DNA of 64,000 nucleotides from Klebsiella pneumoniae (GTDB taxonomy: Bacteria; Pseudomonadota; Gammaproteobacteria; Eutrophobiales; Eutrophobiaceae), in contig CAMDWI010000003.1 in the NCBI GenBank assembly GCA_945878555.1, positions 148,287 to 212,286 of the forward strand, read 5' to 3'. Below the pieces are notes generated by a model. That model worked only from the letters and a program-made list of their open reading frames with translations, searched no databases and had not been told where the DNA came from. A program made the translations under genes and the position numbers. Position 1 is the stretch's first letter. Each line of letters opens with the position of its first letter. This document shows, piece after piece, positions 20,699 through 30,724 of the stretch.

Positions 20699-21337
20699 AT
20701 GGTAAAAATGTTTGCTTGTATTATCAGTCTGATAATAACCCTCTCTGCCACCCAAGTGTCTGCTGCAGGCGATGCCGCTGCTGGTGCGCAGAAAGTGCAG
20801 ACCTGTGCTGTATGCCATGGTCCTGATGGCAACAGTGTTAATCCGATGTGGCCCAAGCTTGCCGGGCAACATGCTGAATATATCTTGAAACAACTGCAAA
20901 ACTTCAAGACCGGCGCCCGCAGCAATCCCCAGATGTCGCCCATGGTCGCTGCACTGGGCGATCAGGACATGGAGGATATCTCGGCATACTACTCCGCTCA
21001 GGTACTCAAGGAGTCCCCGATACCAGCGTCCGTTGAAGCTGTAACTGTGGAACTCGGTGAAAAAATCTATCGTGCAGGAGATGCCACATCCAAATTACCG
21101 TCCTGTATGGCATGTCATGGTCCTGCCGCGGGTGGTAATCCGGCAGCAAGATACCCCTCTCTGGTAGGCCAGTATGCCGCCTACACTACAGCCCAGTTGC
21201 AGGCATTCAAGTCAGAGACCAGAAGTAATGATGCCAATAACATGATGAGAGATATTGCCGGGAAACTGTCGAATGAGGAAATTGAGGCTGTATCGCTGTA
21301 TATCCAGGGGCTGTCCCTGTCGACACCGGCCCAGTAA
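20699..21337 (+). CDS. Cytochrome c4 (diheme)
   Basis: A signal peptide and two CxxCH sites (CAVCHG and CMACHG). The start is set at the internal MVKMFAC rather than the upstream ORF start at 20651. Confidence 0.85.
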   Translation: MVKMFACIISLIITLSATQVSAAGDAAAGAQKVQTCAVCHGPDGNSVNPMWPKLAGQHAEYILKQLQNFKTGARSNPQMSPMVAALGDQDMEDISAYYSAQVLKESPIPASVEAVTVELGEKIYRAGDATSKLPSCMACHGPAAGGNPAARYPSLVGQYAAYTTAQLQAFKSETRSNDANNMMRDIAGKLSNEEIEAVSLYIQGLSLSTPAQ

Positions 21338-21396
21338 AGAACTACCACTCAAAAATTGTTCAGGTAATTGAACAGATCTTCATACAATCAATCCAA

Positions 21397-21433
21397 CCAG
21401 TTATCTATTCTCAGCACGCGAATAGATAACTGG
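21397..21433. terminator. 14-bp perfect inverted repeat CCAGTTATCTATTC / GAATAGATAACTGG with a 9-nt loop, between c4 and dsbA. It may be a terminator, attenuator or operator.
   Basis: Read directly from the sequence. A T-rich segment TATTTCTGT follows it. Confidence 0.4.
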
Positions 21434-21471
21434 TATTTCTGTCAGCACACATTTTGCAGGAGCATACATAA

Positions 21472-22116
21472 ATGTTGAGAAAGATCATCATAACACTACA
21501 GATACTCTTGTCACTGTTTGTACTAGGTCAACAGGCTGCCATGGCGCAGCAGGGAGCTGATGCGAAGCCTAAATTTGTTGAATTAAAACCGGCGCAACCT
21601 ACACAATCGGGCGACAAGATAGAAGTAGTCGAGGTGTTCTGGTACGGTTGCCCTCACTGTTACAGTTTTGAGCCATTTCTTGAAGAATGGTTGAAAACGT
21701 TACCGGAGGATGTGCAGTTTATACGTTTGCCAGGTGTACTGAATCCGGGCTGGATACCACATGCAAAAGCCTATTATACCGCGGAGAAACTTGGCGTACT
21801 TGAGAAAACGCACAGACCGTTGTTCGATGCTATTCATAAGGAAAAGAAGCCGGTCTTTAATGATGAGCAGCTTCGCGATTTCTTTGTGAGCAAGGGTGTA
21901 TCAGCGGAACAGTTTACCGGGACGTTTGCCTCCAAGGAGGTTGATGCAAAGATAAGACAGGCCTATTTTCTGGCGAGAGACTATAAACTTACTGGTGTAC
22001 CTTCTGTCATAGTTAATGGCAAATACCTGACGTCCGCTTCCACCACAGGCACATTTGAAGAACTGATAAATGTGATGAATGCACTGATAGACAAGGAAAG
22101 GCAGGCAAAAAAATAG
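21472..22116 (+). CDS. dsbA: Thiol:disulfide interchange protein DsbA
   Basis: A signal peptide and the CPHC active site in WYGCPHCYSFEP. Confidence 0.9.
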   Translation: MLRKIIITLQILLSLFVLGQQAAMAQQGADAKPKFVELKPAQPTQSGDKIEVVEVFWYGCPHCYSFEPFLEEWLKTLPEDVQFIRLPGVLNPGWIPHAKAYYTAEKLGVLEKTHRPLFDAIHKEKKPVFNDEQLRDFFVSKGVSAEQFTGTFASKEVDAKIRQAYFLARDYKLTGVPSVIVNGKYLTSASTTGTFEELINVMNALIDKERQAKK

Positions 22117-22136
22117 TATTTCCTGTATTAATCCGT

Positions 22137-22161
22137 AAAAAAGGCCCGAAAGGGCCTTTTT
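22137..22161. terminator. Bidirectional intrinsic terminator: AAAAAGGCCC, loop gaaa, GGGCCTTTTTT
   Basis: A perfect GC-rich hairpin flanked by an A-run and a T-run. It lies between the dsbA stop and the 3' end of tRNA-Arg. Confidence 0.7.
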
Positions 22162-22170
22162 TAACGAGAG

Positions 22171-22247
22171 TTGGCGCGCCCGGCGAGATTCGAACTCACG
22201 ACCTTTGGTTTCGGAAACCAACACTCTATCCAACTGAGCTACGGGCG
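22171..22247 (-). tRNA. tRNA-Arg (anticodon CCG)
   Basis: The reverse complement folds as a 77-nt cloverleaf GCGCCCG..TTCCGAA..GGTTCGAATC..CGGGCGC-G-CCA. The anticodon loop is TTCCGAA, with U33 and A37 conserved. Confidence 0.85.
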
Positions 22248-22527
22248 CATTTGATGTTGCGAAGTATAATTCATGTAGTTCCATGAAATACACCATCATT
22301 TCATCGTTGATGTGTAAATAAAGGGGGTACAGCTGCCTGTTTTCATATGATGACAGGCGGGATCCTGAGTATGATTAGGACGCGTCGGGTTAACAGATAA
22401 TTTATAACAAAATAAGGAATATTGTTGCACTGCGGTTCCAACTGTCAGTCAGTATCGGTATAATATAAATTCAGTAAGTTGAACAATTCCAGTCCACGAG
22501 TTAAAGAGCTGAAAAGACGTATCCGCG

Positions 22528-23055
22528 ATGGGAAAAGAACAAGATCAAATATTTATCCAGAATTTCATTATCATCCTTGTCATGTTGTTGGGAATGGTGG
22601 CCATATTTGTAATCATTGCCAGGACGATTGGAACTGATGATGTCAAGATAGCCAAGCAGCGTGCACTGGTTATTGCAGAACAAACTCTGCCGGTTGCCAG
22701 CGTGAAACGGGCCGCTGAAACCACGGCCTCGGCATCGTCTGCTGATGGCAGTGCCGCAGTAGCAGATGCCAATCCGGGTAAGACTGTATACGATGGCCTC
22801 TGTTTCTCCTGCCATGGTTCGGGTCTACCCAATATTCCCCAGGTAGGCAAGGCTGAAGACTGGACTGACAGAATAGCCATGGGTACAGCATTACTTTATG
22901 AGCGTGCTATCAACGGTTTTACCGGCGCTTCGGGCATGGCAATGCCTGCAAAAGGTGGTAACGCAACACTCAGCGATGATCAGGTAAAGGCAGCCGTAGA
23001 CTACATGGTATCGAGCAGCCAGTCGGCAGAAGCGGCACCCGCCCCAGCCCCCTGA
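22528..23055 (+). CDS. Membrane-anchored cytochrome c5-type monoheme cytochrome
   Basis: An N-terminal TM anchor, an Ala-rich linker and a single CFSCHG heme site. Confidence 0.75.
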   Translation: MGKEQDQIFIQNFIIILVMLLGMVAIFVIIARTIGTDDVKIAKQRALVIAEQTLPVASVKRAAETTASASSADGSAAVADANPGKTVYDGLCFSCHGSGLPNIPQVGKAEDWTDRIAMGTALLYERAINGFTGASGMAMPAKGGNATLSDDQVKAAVDYMVSSSQSAEAAPAPAP

Positions 23056-23104
23056 CAAGTGTCTTATACAGCGGCGATAATCCAGTCCGGCAGTACAATT
23101 TCTG

Positions 23105-23138
23105 TGTCAGTGCTGTGCGGACACGCACAGCACTGACA
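23105..23138. terminator. 15-bp perfect inverted repeat TGTCAGTGCTGTGCG-gaca-CGCACAGCACTGACA between the convergent c5 and uvrD genes
   Basis: Read directly from the sequence. There is no clear U-run, so it may be Rho-dependent or a protein-binding site. Confidence 0.45.
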
Positions 23139-23146
23139 GAATCAGG

Positions 23147-25315
23147 TCAGACAGTTACTTCCAGGCTGGCATAGGCAACGACAAGCCATTTCCTGCCTGC
23201 CTGCTCAAAATTGACCTGCACCCTGGCATGACTGCCCTGCCCTTCAACAGTCATGATAACGCCCTCTCCAAACCGCGGATGTGTTACCCGCTGACCCAGC
23301 TGTAATCCGGAACCACCAGAAACCCTGCCTGAAGATTCTTCGCTGCGCATGGAGGTCGACGGGTTACTGCCCAGACGTACCTCAGCCAGTAGCCCGGCAG
23401 GTAATTCGGCCAGAAAGCGCGATGCCTGCGGGTAATATTCACTGCCATGCAGGCGACGATGTTGGGCATAGGTCAAAGTCAGTTTCTTTCGTGCACGGGT
23501 TATACCTACATAACACAGCCTGCGTTCTTCCTCCAGCTGTACCGGGTCATTACTGCTACGTTGATGCGGAAACAGACCCTCTTCAAGGCCGACCAGATAA
23601 ACATTTTCAAATTCCAGTCCCTTTGCTGAATGCAGGGTCATCAGGCTGACGTAGTCCGAATAGATGTCTGCCTGGGTTTCGCCCGATTCGAGCGCTGCGT
23701 GCCCCAGAAAGGCAGCTAGCGGTTCCATCTCCGCATATTCCTCGCGACTAACATCAAACTCGCTTGCGGCTGTCACAAGTTCATCCAGGTTCTCGATACG
23801 CGCCTGTCCTTTTTCGCCTTTTTCCTTACGGTAGTGCTCGATTAGACCACTGCCCTTGACGATGCGATCCATTGCTTCACCCAGATGGATATCACGGATG
23901 CCTGCACCCAGATCACGGATGATAATAAGAAACCTTTCCAGTGCTTTCAGGGCACGTTCTGGCAAGGATTTGCCGTGCAGGATCTGCAAGGCGGACTGCC
24001 ATAGCGAAATATTGTCGCGTTTGGCAAGACTACGCAATTCATCTATTGTTCGTTGTCCTATGCCGCGTACTGGTGTATTGAAGATACGCTCAAACGAGGC
24101 GTCATCTTCGTTGTATACGGAAAGTCGCAAATAGGCGAGTGCATCCTTAATTTCAGCGCGTTCATAGAAACGCATGCCGCCAAAGACCTTGTAGGGTATA
24201 CCCGCATGCATCAGTGACTCTTCAATCATGCGTGATTGGGCGCCAACGCGATACAGGATGGCATGGTCGTTATACGATCCACCCCGCAGTCTCGCCAGAC
24301 TGATCCTGTCGATAACAAAACGGGCCTCGTCCTGTTCATTGTAGGCGGCGTACAGATCGATCTTTTCGCCATCATCATCATCCGTCCACAGCTCCTTGCC
24401 CAAACGGGAGGGATTATTGGCGATCAATGTATTGGCTGCCTTCAGGATATTACCGGTCGAACGATAATTCTGTTCCAGCCGGATCAGTCTTGCCCCGGCA
24501 AAATTTTTCTGGAAATGCTGCATATTTTCAATTTGTGCGCCACGCCAGCTGTAGATGGACTGATCATCGTCACCCACAGCAAACATCGCACCGCTTGTAC
24601 CGGCCAACAGTCTCAACCAGGCATACTGAAGCGCGTTGGTGTCCTGAAACTCATCAACGAGTATATGACGAAATCGTTGCTGGTAATGCGCCAGTAGCTG
24701 TTTCTGATCGCGGAACAATTCGTAGGCCCGCAACAAAAGTTCAGCAAAATCTATCATGCCGGAACGATCACAAAGCGCCTGATAAGCCTGGTATACCCTG
24801 ACCAGCTGTGCCTTTTCAGGGTCACCAAATGTTTCGATATGCTGTGGCCGCAGGCCTTCGTCCTTTTGTGCGTTGATAAACCATTGCAGCTCACGCGGAG
24901 AGTATCGGGCTTCGTCCAGTTCCAGCGACCGTATGACGCGCTTTACCGTACGGTACTGATCGTCATTGTCGAGGATCTGGAAACTCTCGGGCAGCCCGGC
25001 CTCCTGCCAGTGTGCCCGTAGTAGCCGGTGGGCCAGTCCATGGAAGGTGCCCACCCACATGCCGCCTATCGGTCGTTTCAGTAGCGCTTCAATACGGCCG
25101 CGCATTTCGGCAGCCGCCTTGTTGGTGAAGGTAACCGCGAGTATACCAAACGGCATGGCCTCACCCGTTTCAATATACCAGGCGATGCGGTGGACCAGGA
25201 CCCGGGTCTTGCCGCTACCAGCGCCGGCCAGAACCAGCATATTTCCTGTGGGGGCGCCCACGGCCTCGCGTTGCGCGTCGTTCAAACCATTTAATACAGT
25301 GGATACGTCCATCAC
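23147..25315 (-). CDS. uvrD: DNA helicase II UvrD
   Basis: 722 aa with Walker A AGAGSGKTRVL and superfamily I helicase motifs. The length fits UvrD. Confidence 0.9.
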   Translation of the reverse strand: MMDVSTVLNGLNDAQREAVGAPTGNMLVLAGAGSGKTRVLVHRIAWYIETGEAMPFGILAVTFTNKAAAEMRGRIEALLKRPIGGMWVGTFHGLAHRLLRAHWQEAGLPESFQILDNDDQYRTVKRVIRSLELDEARYSPRELQWFINAQKDEGLRPQHIETFGDPEKAQLVRVYQAYQALCDRSGMIDFAELLLRAYELFRDQKQLLAHYQQRFRHILVDEFQDTNALQYAWLRLLAGTSGAMFAVGDDDQSIYSWRGAQIENMQHFQKNFAGARLIRLEQNYRSTGNILKAANTLIANNPSRLGKELWTDDDDGEKIDLYAAYNEQDEARFVIDRISLARLRGGSYNDHAILYRVGAQSRMIEESLMHAGIPYKVFGGMRFYERAEIKDALAYLRLSVYNEDDASFERIFNTPVRGIGQRTIDELRSLAKRDNISLWQSALQILHGKSLPERALKALERFLIIIRDLGAGIRDIHLGEAMDRIVKGSGLIEHYRKEKGEKGQARIENLDELVTAASEFDVSREEYAEMEPLAAFLGHAALESGETQADIYSDYVSLMTLHSAKGLEFENVYLVGLEEGLFPHQRSSNDPVQLEEERRLCYVGITRARKKLTLTYAQHRRLHGSEYYPQASRFLAELPAGLLAEVRLGSNPSTSMRSEESSGRVSGGSGLQLGQRVTHPRFGEGVIMTVEGQGSHARVQVNFEQAGRKWLVVAYASLEVTV

Positions 25316-25378
25316 TGCATTTTAACGTTCATATCAATGATAGAATAGCGGTCTTTCAATCGTGAAGGAAAGTAATCG

Positions 25379-26698
25379 GTGAATAATCCAAATCTGGAAA
25401 ACATCCTGACCCGCGTGCTGGAACTGGCAGGACAGAATGGCGCCACGTCGGCAGAGGCCAATATCGGGACCGGATCCGGATTCTCGGTCACTGCGCGTAT
25501 GGGTGAACCCGAGACCGTGGAGCACCAGCGTGACAAGGGGCTGAATGTCACCTGTTTCGTCAACCATAAAAAAGGCAGTGCGAGCACAACGGACTTTGGT
25601 GACAAGGCGATCGAGGAAACCGTGCGTGCGGCCTGTACTATCGCCAGGAACACCAGTGAAGATGACTTTGCCGGGCTGCTCGATCCTGAATATATGGCGA
25701 CACAGATACCGGATCTGGATCTGTATCATCCCTGGGATATCACTCCGGAGCAGGCAATTCGCATGGCGATAGAGTGTGAAAATATTGCCAGGTCGTATGA
25801 CCCACGCATCAGCAATTCAGAAGGTGCCACTGTACACAGCTACAGTGGCAGCCATTATTACGGTAACAGTCATGGATTTATCGGGGGCTGGAACTGGTCT
25901 TCACACTCGGTAGACTGCTCCGTGATTGCAGAACAGGACGGCATGATGCAGCGTGACGGCTGGTATTCCAGGGTTCGTGATTACCGCGATCTTGATCCGG
26001 TAAGTAACATTGCCAAAACCGCCGCCATCCGCGCACTACAGAAGCTTGGGTCACGCAAGCTGTCGACGATGTCAGTGCCGGTTATATATGAGGCCCAGGT
26101 GGCCAGCAGTCTGTTTTCCACGTTTGTAAATGCCATCATGGGCGGCGCCCAGTATCGCAAGTCCAGTTTTTTGCTCGACAAGGTTGGTAGTCAGATATTT
26201 CCGGACTACATTACGATTGATGAACGACCGCTGTTGCAAAAAGGTGCGGGTAGCGCACCGTTCGATAATGATGGCATGGCCACGCGTTACCGCGCGCTGG
26301 TTACAGGTGGCGTGTTACAGGGCTATGTACTCAGCGCGTACTCGGCACGAAAACTGGGGTTGAAACCGACCGGAAACGCCGGCGGTGTTCACAACCTGGT
26401 TATAAAAACCGGGAACGATGACCTCGCAGGCCTGCTACGCAGCATGGATCGGGGGCTGCTCATTACGGATCTTATCGGGTTTGGTATCAATATGGTCACC
26501 GGTGATTATTCGCGCGGTGCCTCCGGTTTCTGGGTGGAAAATGGTGAAATCCAGTACCCGGTCGAGGAGATCACCGTTGCCGGCAATCTGTCTGATATGT
26601 ATAAACAGATCCTGGCCGTAGGTAGCGACGTGGACCAGCGCAGGAATATCCAGACCGGCTCGGTCCTGGTAGAAAACATGACGGTGGCAGGCAACTAG
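25379..26698 (+). CDS. pmbA: Metalloprotease PmbA/TldE
   Basis: 439 aa TldD/PmbA family protein with a GTG start. Confidence 0.85.
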   Translation: MNNPNLENILTRVLELAGQNGATSAEANIGTGSGFSVTARMGEPETVEHQRDKGLNVTCFVNHKKGSASTTDFGDKAIEETVRAACTIARNTSEDDFAGLLDPEYMATQIPDLDLYHPWDITPEQAIRMAIECENIARSYDPRISNSEGATVHSYSGSHYYGNSHGFIGGWNWSSHSVDCSVIAEQDGMMQRDGWYSRVRDYRDLDPVSNIAKTAAIRALQKLGSRKLSTMSVPVIYEAQVASSLFSTFVNAIMGGAQYRKSSFLLDKVGSQIFPDYITIDERPLLQKGAGSAPFDNDGMATRYRALVTGGVLQGYVLSAYSARKLGLKPTGNAGGVHNLVIKTGNDDLAGLLRSMDRGLLITDLIGFGINMVTGDYSRGASGFWVENGEIQYPVEEITVAGNLSDMYKQILAVGSDVDQRRNIQTGSVLVENMTVAGN

Positions 26699-26797
26699 CT
26701 CAAATCGTATTGTATTACTGATCCGCCTGCCCGATTTGGCAATGCCGACCGGTACAGGGTAGGATAATCAAAACACAGACAGGGCTAGACAGCGCAG

Positions 26798-27751
26798 ATG
26801 AACCAGGCAGAAACCAGACTTTCCAACCTGCCCGCCAGCACAGGGCTTGAACAGGTTATCGAGGCAGCGAACCGGATCATATTGGGTAAGGAGCATGTCA
26901 TCCGGCTGGCATTGACCTGCATGATCGCCCGCGGCCATCTGTTGATTGAAGACACACCCGGAGTAGGCAAGACCACGCTGGCACATGTGCTGGCCAGAAC
27001 ACTGGGACTCAGCTTTCAGCGTATCCAGTTCACCAGCGATATGTTGCCCGCCGACATACTGGGCGTGTCTGTTTATGATCGCCAGTCCGGCAGGTTCGAA
27101 TTTCATCCCGGGCCTATCTTTTCGCAGTTTATCCTGGCCGACGAGGTTAATCGTGCCACCCCGCGCGCGCAAAGCGCTCTGCTGGAGGCGATGGAAGAAA
27201 ACCAGATCACGCTGGAGGGTGAGACCCGGTCGTTACCGCAGCCGTTTTTTGTTATTGCCACGCAAAATCCGTCAAACCAGATAGGCACCTTTCCATTGCC
27301 GGAATCACAACTGGACAGGTTCATGATGCGACTGCATCTGGGATACCCGGACACCCGGGCCGAACGCGAGCTGTTAAAAGGGCGTGATCGGCGCGAAATG
27401 CTCACGACCCTGACAGCGGCAATGACACCGGATCGTTTGCTGGAACTGCAACAACAGGTATCCCAGGTTATCGTAGCCGATGCCTTACTGGACTATCTGC
27501 AGGATCTGCTTGAGTTCAGTCGTGCCTCCTCTGATTTTAATGGCGGTCTGTCCCCGCGCGCGGGTCTCGCCATCATGCGTAGCGCGCAGGCGTGGGCGCT
27601 GGTGCATGGTCGCACCCATGTGCTGCCGGAAGATGTGCAGGCGGTTTTACCCAGTGTCATAAGTCACCGCCTCAGCCTGACGGATCAGAACAGGTCGATC
27701 AGTCCCTATGCAGTAGCAGAACTGTTGATCAAGCAGGTGCCAGTCCCCTGA
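26798..27751 (+). CDS. MoxR-family AAA+ ATPase
   Basis: Walker A GVGKTT and the MoxR-typical motif HLLIEDTPGVGKTTLAHVLARTLG. Confidence 0.9.
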   Translation: MNQAETRLSNLPASTGLEQVIEAANRIILGKEHVIRLALTCMIARGHLLIEDTPGVGKTTLAHVLARTLGLSFQRIQFTSDMLPADILGVSVYDRQSGRFEFHPGPIFSQFILADEVNRATPRAQSALLEAMEENQITLEGETRSLPQPFFVIATQNPSNQIGTFPLPESQLDRFMMRLHLGYPDTRAERELLKGRDRREMLTTLTAAMTPDRLLELQQQVSQVIVADALLDYLQDLLEFSRASSDFNGGLSPRAGLAIMRSAQAWALVHGRTHVLPEDVQAVLPSVISHRLSLTDQNRSISPYAVAELLIKQVPVP

Positions 27752-27755
27752 ACAA

Positions 27756-28739
27756 ATGACCGAGTCCGTCATACTGGAACAAAAAGCCCCGCAGTCGGGG
27801 CCGGCTACCGCACCGCTGTCGCGTCGACAACGACTTTATATCTTTCCAACCCGCCACGGTCTGGTATATGCCGTCATGCTTGCCGTCATGCTGCTCGGCG
27901 CGGTCAACTACACCAATAACATGGCCTATATGTTGACATTTATGCTGGGTAGTCTGTTTATGGTGTGCATGCTGCATACCTACCGGAACCTGCATGGGCT
28001 CATAATTACGGTGAGCGAGGCCCGTCCGGTGTTTGCCGGGGATATCGCCCGCTTTCCGGTTGTGTTTGACAACCGTCACGGTATGCGGCGTATAAATATC
28101 AATATTGACGTATGGTCGGCGCCGTGGAAAACCAAACGTAGTAGTGGGGAGGGGATTCGGGCCGCCCGTATTGAGGCGGCACAGATGTCCCGTGATTTCC
28201 TGCCCGTAACTGCTAATGAGCGTGGATATCTCAGCCCGGGCAGGATAAAAATTCACTCCAGTTTCCCGCTCGGTCTGTTCCAGTCCTGGTCCTATTTGCC
28301 GGGGCGGAGCCGTAGTCTGGTATACCCGAGACCCCAGGGTGATCCGCGCCTGCCGGCATTGACCGAGGATATTTCCCGTGATCAGACCGGCAGCCTCTCC
28401 GGCACCGATGATTTTACCGGCTTTCGACATTATCGTGCCGGTGACTCTATCCGTAATATCGACTGGAAGATCTATGCACGCGAACAGGGCCTGCTGGTAA
28501 AAAGATTCAGTGGCAGCGGCGCACGCAAACTGGTGTTGCATTGGGACCAGACTGCACAGCTGCCTGATGTGGAAGCCCGCCTGTCACAACTGACCCTGTG
28601 GGTTTTGCAGGCAGAACTTGCCGGTCTGCGTTATGGACTGGTCCTGCCCGGGGTCAAGCTCGACATCAATCATGGCGAGGCGCACCAGCAAAACTGTCTG
28701 CGTGAGCTCGCACTGTATGGCAAAGATGTTAGCCCTTAG
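27756..28739 (+). CDS. DUF58 domain protein (vWA-like partner of MoxR)
   Basis: Sits directly downstream of MoxR, with an N-terminal TM helix. Confidence 0.8.
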   Translation: MTESVILEQKAPQSGPATAPLSRRQRLYIFPTRHGLVYAVMLAVMLLGAVNYTNNMAYMLTFMLGSLFMVCMLHTYRNLHGLIITVSEARPVFAGDIARFPVVFDNRHGMRRININIDVWSAPWKTKRSSGEGIRAARIEAAQMSRDFLPVTANERGYLSPGRIKIHSSFPLGLFQSWSYLPGRSRSLVYPRPQGDPRLPALTEDISRDQTGSLSGTDDFTGFRHYRAGDSIRNIDWKIYAREQGLLVKRFSGSGARKLVLHWDQTAQLPDVEARLSQLTLWVLQAELAGLRYGLVLPGVKLDINHGEAHQQNCLRELALYGKDVSP

Positions 28740-30714
28740 GTGGCAGTCCGCCCATGCGCCCGAGATGCTCTGGCTGTCTGCTGGCGTGTGTATGGCCGTG
28801 TTACCCCACATACTCCATTTACCGATCTGGTCATCCATCCTGTTTTTTTTATTGCTGGGATTCAGACTCTCGGTGACCAAAAATTCTGTCGGCGCAAGGT
28901 TGATCCGCTCACTGCCGTTCAAGCTGATACTGGGGACTATCATCTTTACTGCTGTATTTATCAGTTATGGGACGATGGTCGGCCGGGACGCGGGCGTGGT
29001 CCTGCTGGTCTTGCTGGCGGGTATGAAGCTGCTCGAGATTAATACCGAGCGGGACTATTACATATCGACCTATATCGCGTTTCTGCTGATACTGACCAAC
29101 TTCTTTTATAACCAGACGCTGCCTATCAGTCTTTATCTTGGCTTGACCCTGATTGTGTTGATAGGCTCGTTGCTCAGTTTTAATGAACGTGATGCGACAC
29201 CGCAGTTGCGTGTACGATTGCAGTCCGCCGCCATGCTGTTTCTACATGCCTTGCCGTTGATGTTGATCATGTTCCTGATGTTTCCCCGGTATTCAGGTCC
29301 GTTATGGGGCCTGCCCAAGGATGCATTGGCGGGTCTGTCCGGTATCGATGATGAAATGTCGCCAGGTTCCATCAGCCAGCTTATCCTCTCGGACGAGGTG
29401 GCATTCCGGGTCGAGTTTACTGGCCCCATCCCCGACAAGTCAGATCTCTACTGGCGCGGACCGGTACTCTGGTATACCGACGGTTTCAAATGGGTACCGG
29501 ATCAGCCCAGACGGTATAACATCAACATGGAGACCCGATCCAACCCTGTCAAATACAGCGTAACGCTTGAGCCGACTGACAAGAACTGGTTGTTTGCGCT
29601 GGAGCTTCCGGTTGAACCTGCAACAGACAGTTATCTCAGTCATGACCTGCAATTGCGTACACGTCGATCCGTGACCGTGCGTACCCGGTATGAAGTCAGC
29701 TCCTATCCGGATTACATTCTCAAATCCGGTGGCCCTGAGGAGTTACAAAATGCACTGCAATTACCAGCCAGCTATCACCCACAGGCAATCGAACTGTCAC
29801 AGTCCTGGCGAGCCCGTGGACTCAGTGACAGCGAGATAGTTGAAGAGGCCATGCGCTATTTTAATGAAGAGGATTTTTATTACACGTTAACACCGCCCGC
29901 CCTCCCGAATGACACGATAGACGAGTTTCTGTTCGGGACCCGTCAGGGCTTCTGTGAACACTACGCGGCCGCGTTTACCGTATTGATGCGTGGTGCAGGT
30001 ATTCCGGCCCGTGTCGTCACCGGGTACCAGGGTGGTACCGTCAACCCGGTCGGTAATTATCTGGTAGTGAACCAGCGTGATGCCCATGCCTGGACCGAGG
30101 TCTGGCTTGGTGAAGAACGAGGCTGGGTCCGGGTCGATCCGACCTCGGCAGTATCGCCCTCCCGTGTGACCGACGGTATTCAGAGCGCCATTCCCCAGAG
30201 TCTGATCAATGTTCCGCTCGGTCTGTACAATAACACGCTGGCAAGAAATATCTGGGAGCGCTTCAATAATACATTCGACGCGATCAACAACCGCTGGAAC
30301 CAGTGGGTGCTCGGATATGATCGCAATCGTCAGCGTCAACTACTGGGTGAAATAGGCCTGGGTGGATTGAACCGGCGACAGTTGATGACAGGCATGATCA
30401 TTGTAGTTGTGGTTTGTCTGGCTATCATCGGCACGGTGCTGTTCAGGCGCATCGGCAGCAACAAGGACCCTGCCCGTTACTGGTATGACCGGTTTCTTGC
30501 ACGACTGTCACGTGTCGGTATACGTATCTCTGCCAGTGAAGGACCGGCCGACCTCGCGCGCCGCGCAGTCACCCTGCGGTCAGACCTTGCAGACAATATC
30601 GAATCAATTACCCGCTGCTACATTGATACACGTTACGCAAAGCGGACAGACCGTCTGGAAGAGCTGAAACAGCAGGTCCGGGCCTTCCGTCCGAAACGCC
30701 ACCGCATGACCTGA
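28717..30714 (+). CDS. DUF3488 and transglutaminase-like domain membrane protein (TgpA-like)
   Basis: A multi-TM N-terminal region and a transglutaminase core motif GFCEHYAAAF. The start overlaps the DUF58 stop. Confidence 0.75.
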   Translation: MAKMLALRWQSAHAPEMLWLSAGVCMAVLPHILHLPIWSSILFFLLLGFRLSVTKNSVGARLIRSLPFKLILGTIIFTAVFISYGTMVGRDAGVVLLVLLAGMKLLEINTERDYYISTYIAFLLILTNFFYNQTLPISLYLGLTLIVLIGSLLSFNERDATPQLRVRLQSAAMLFLHALPLMLIMFLMFPRYSGPLWGLPKDALAGLSGIDDEMSPGSISQLILSDEVAFRVEFTGPIPDKSDLYWRGPVLWYTDGFKWVPDQPRRYNINMETRSNPVKYSVTLEPTDKNWLFALELPVEPATDSYLSHDLQLRTRRSVTVRTRYEVSSYPDYILKSGGPEELQNALQLPASYHPQAIELSQSWRARGLSDSEIVEEAMRYFNEEDFYYTLTPPALPNDTIDEFLFGTRQGFCEHYAAAFTVLMRGAGIPARVVTGYQGGTVNPVGNYLVVNQRDAHAWTEVWLGEERGWVRVDPTSAVSPSRVTDGIQSAIPQSLINVPLGLYNNTLARNIWERFNNTFDAINNRWNQWVLGYDRNRQRQLLGEIGLGGLNRRQLMTGMIIVVVVCLAIIGTVLFRRIGSNKDPARYWYDRFLARLSRVGIRISASEGPADLARRAVTLRSDLADNIESITRCYIDTRYAKRTDRLEELKQQVRAFRPKRHRMT

Positions 30715-30724
30715 AACCGCCAGT

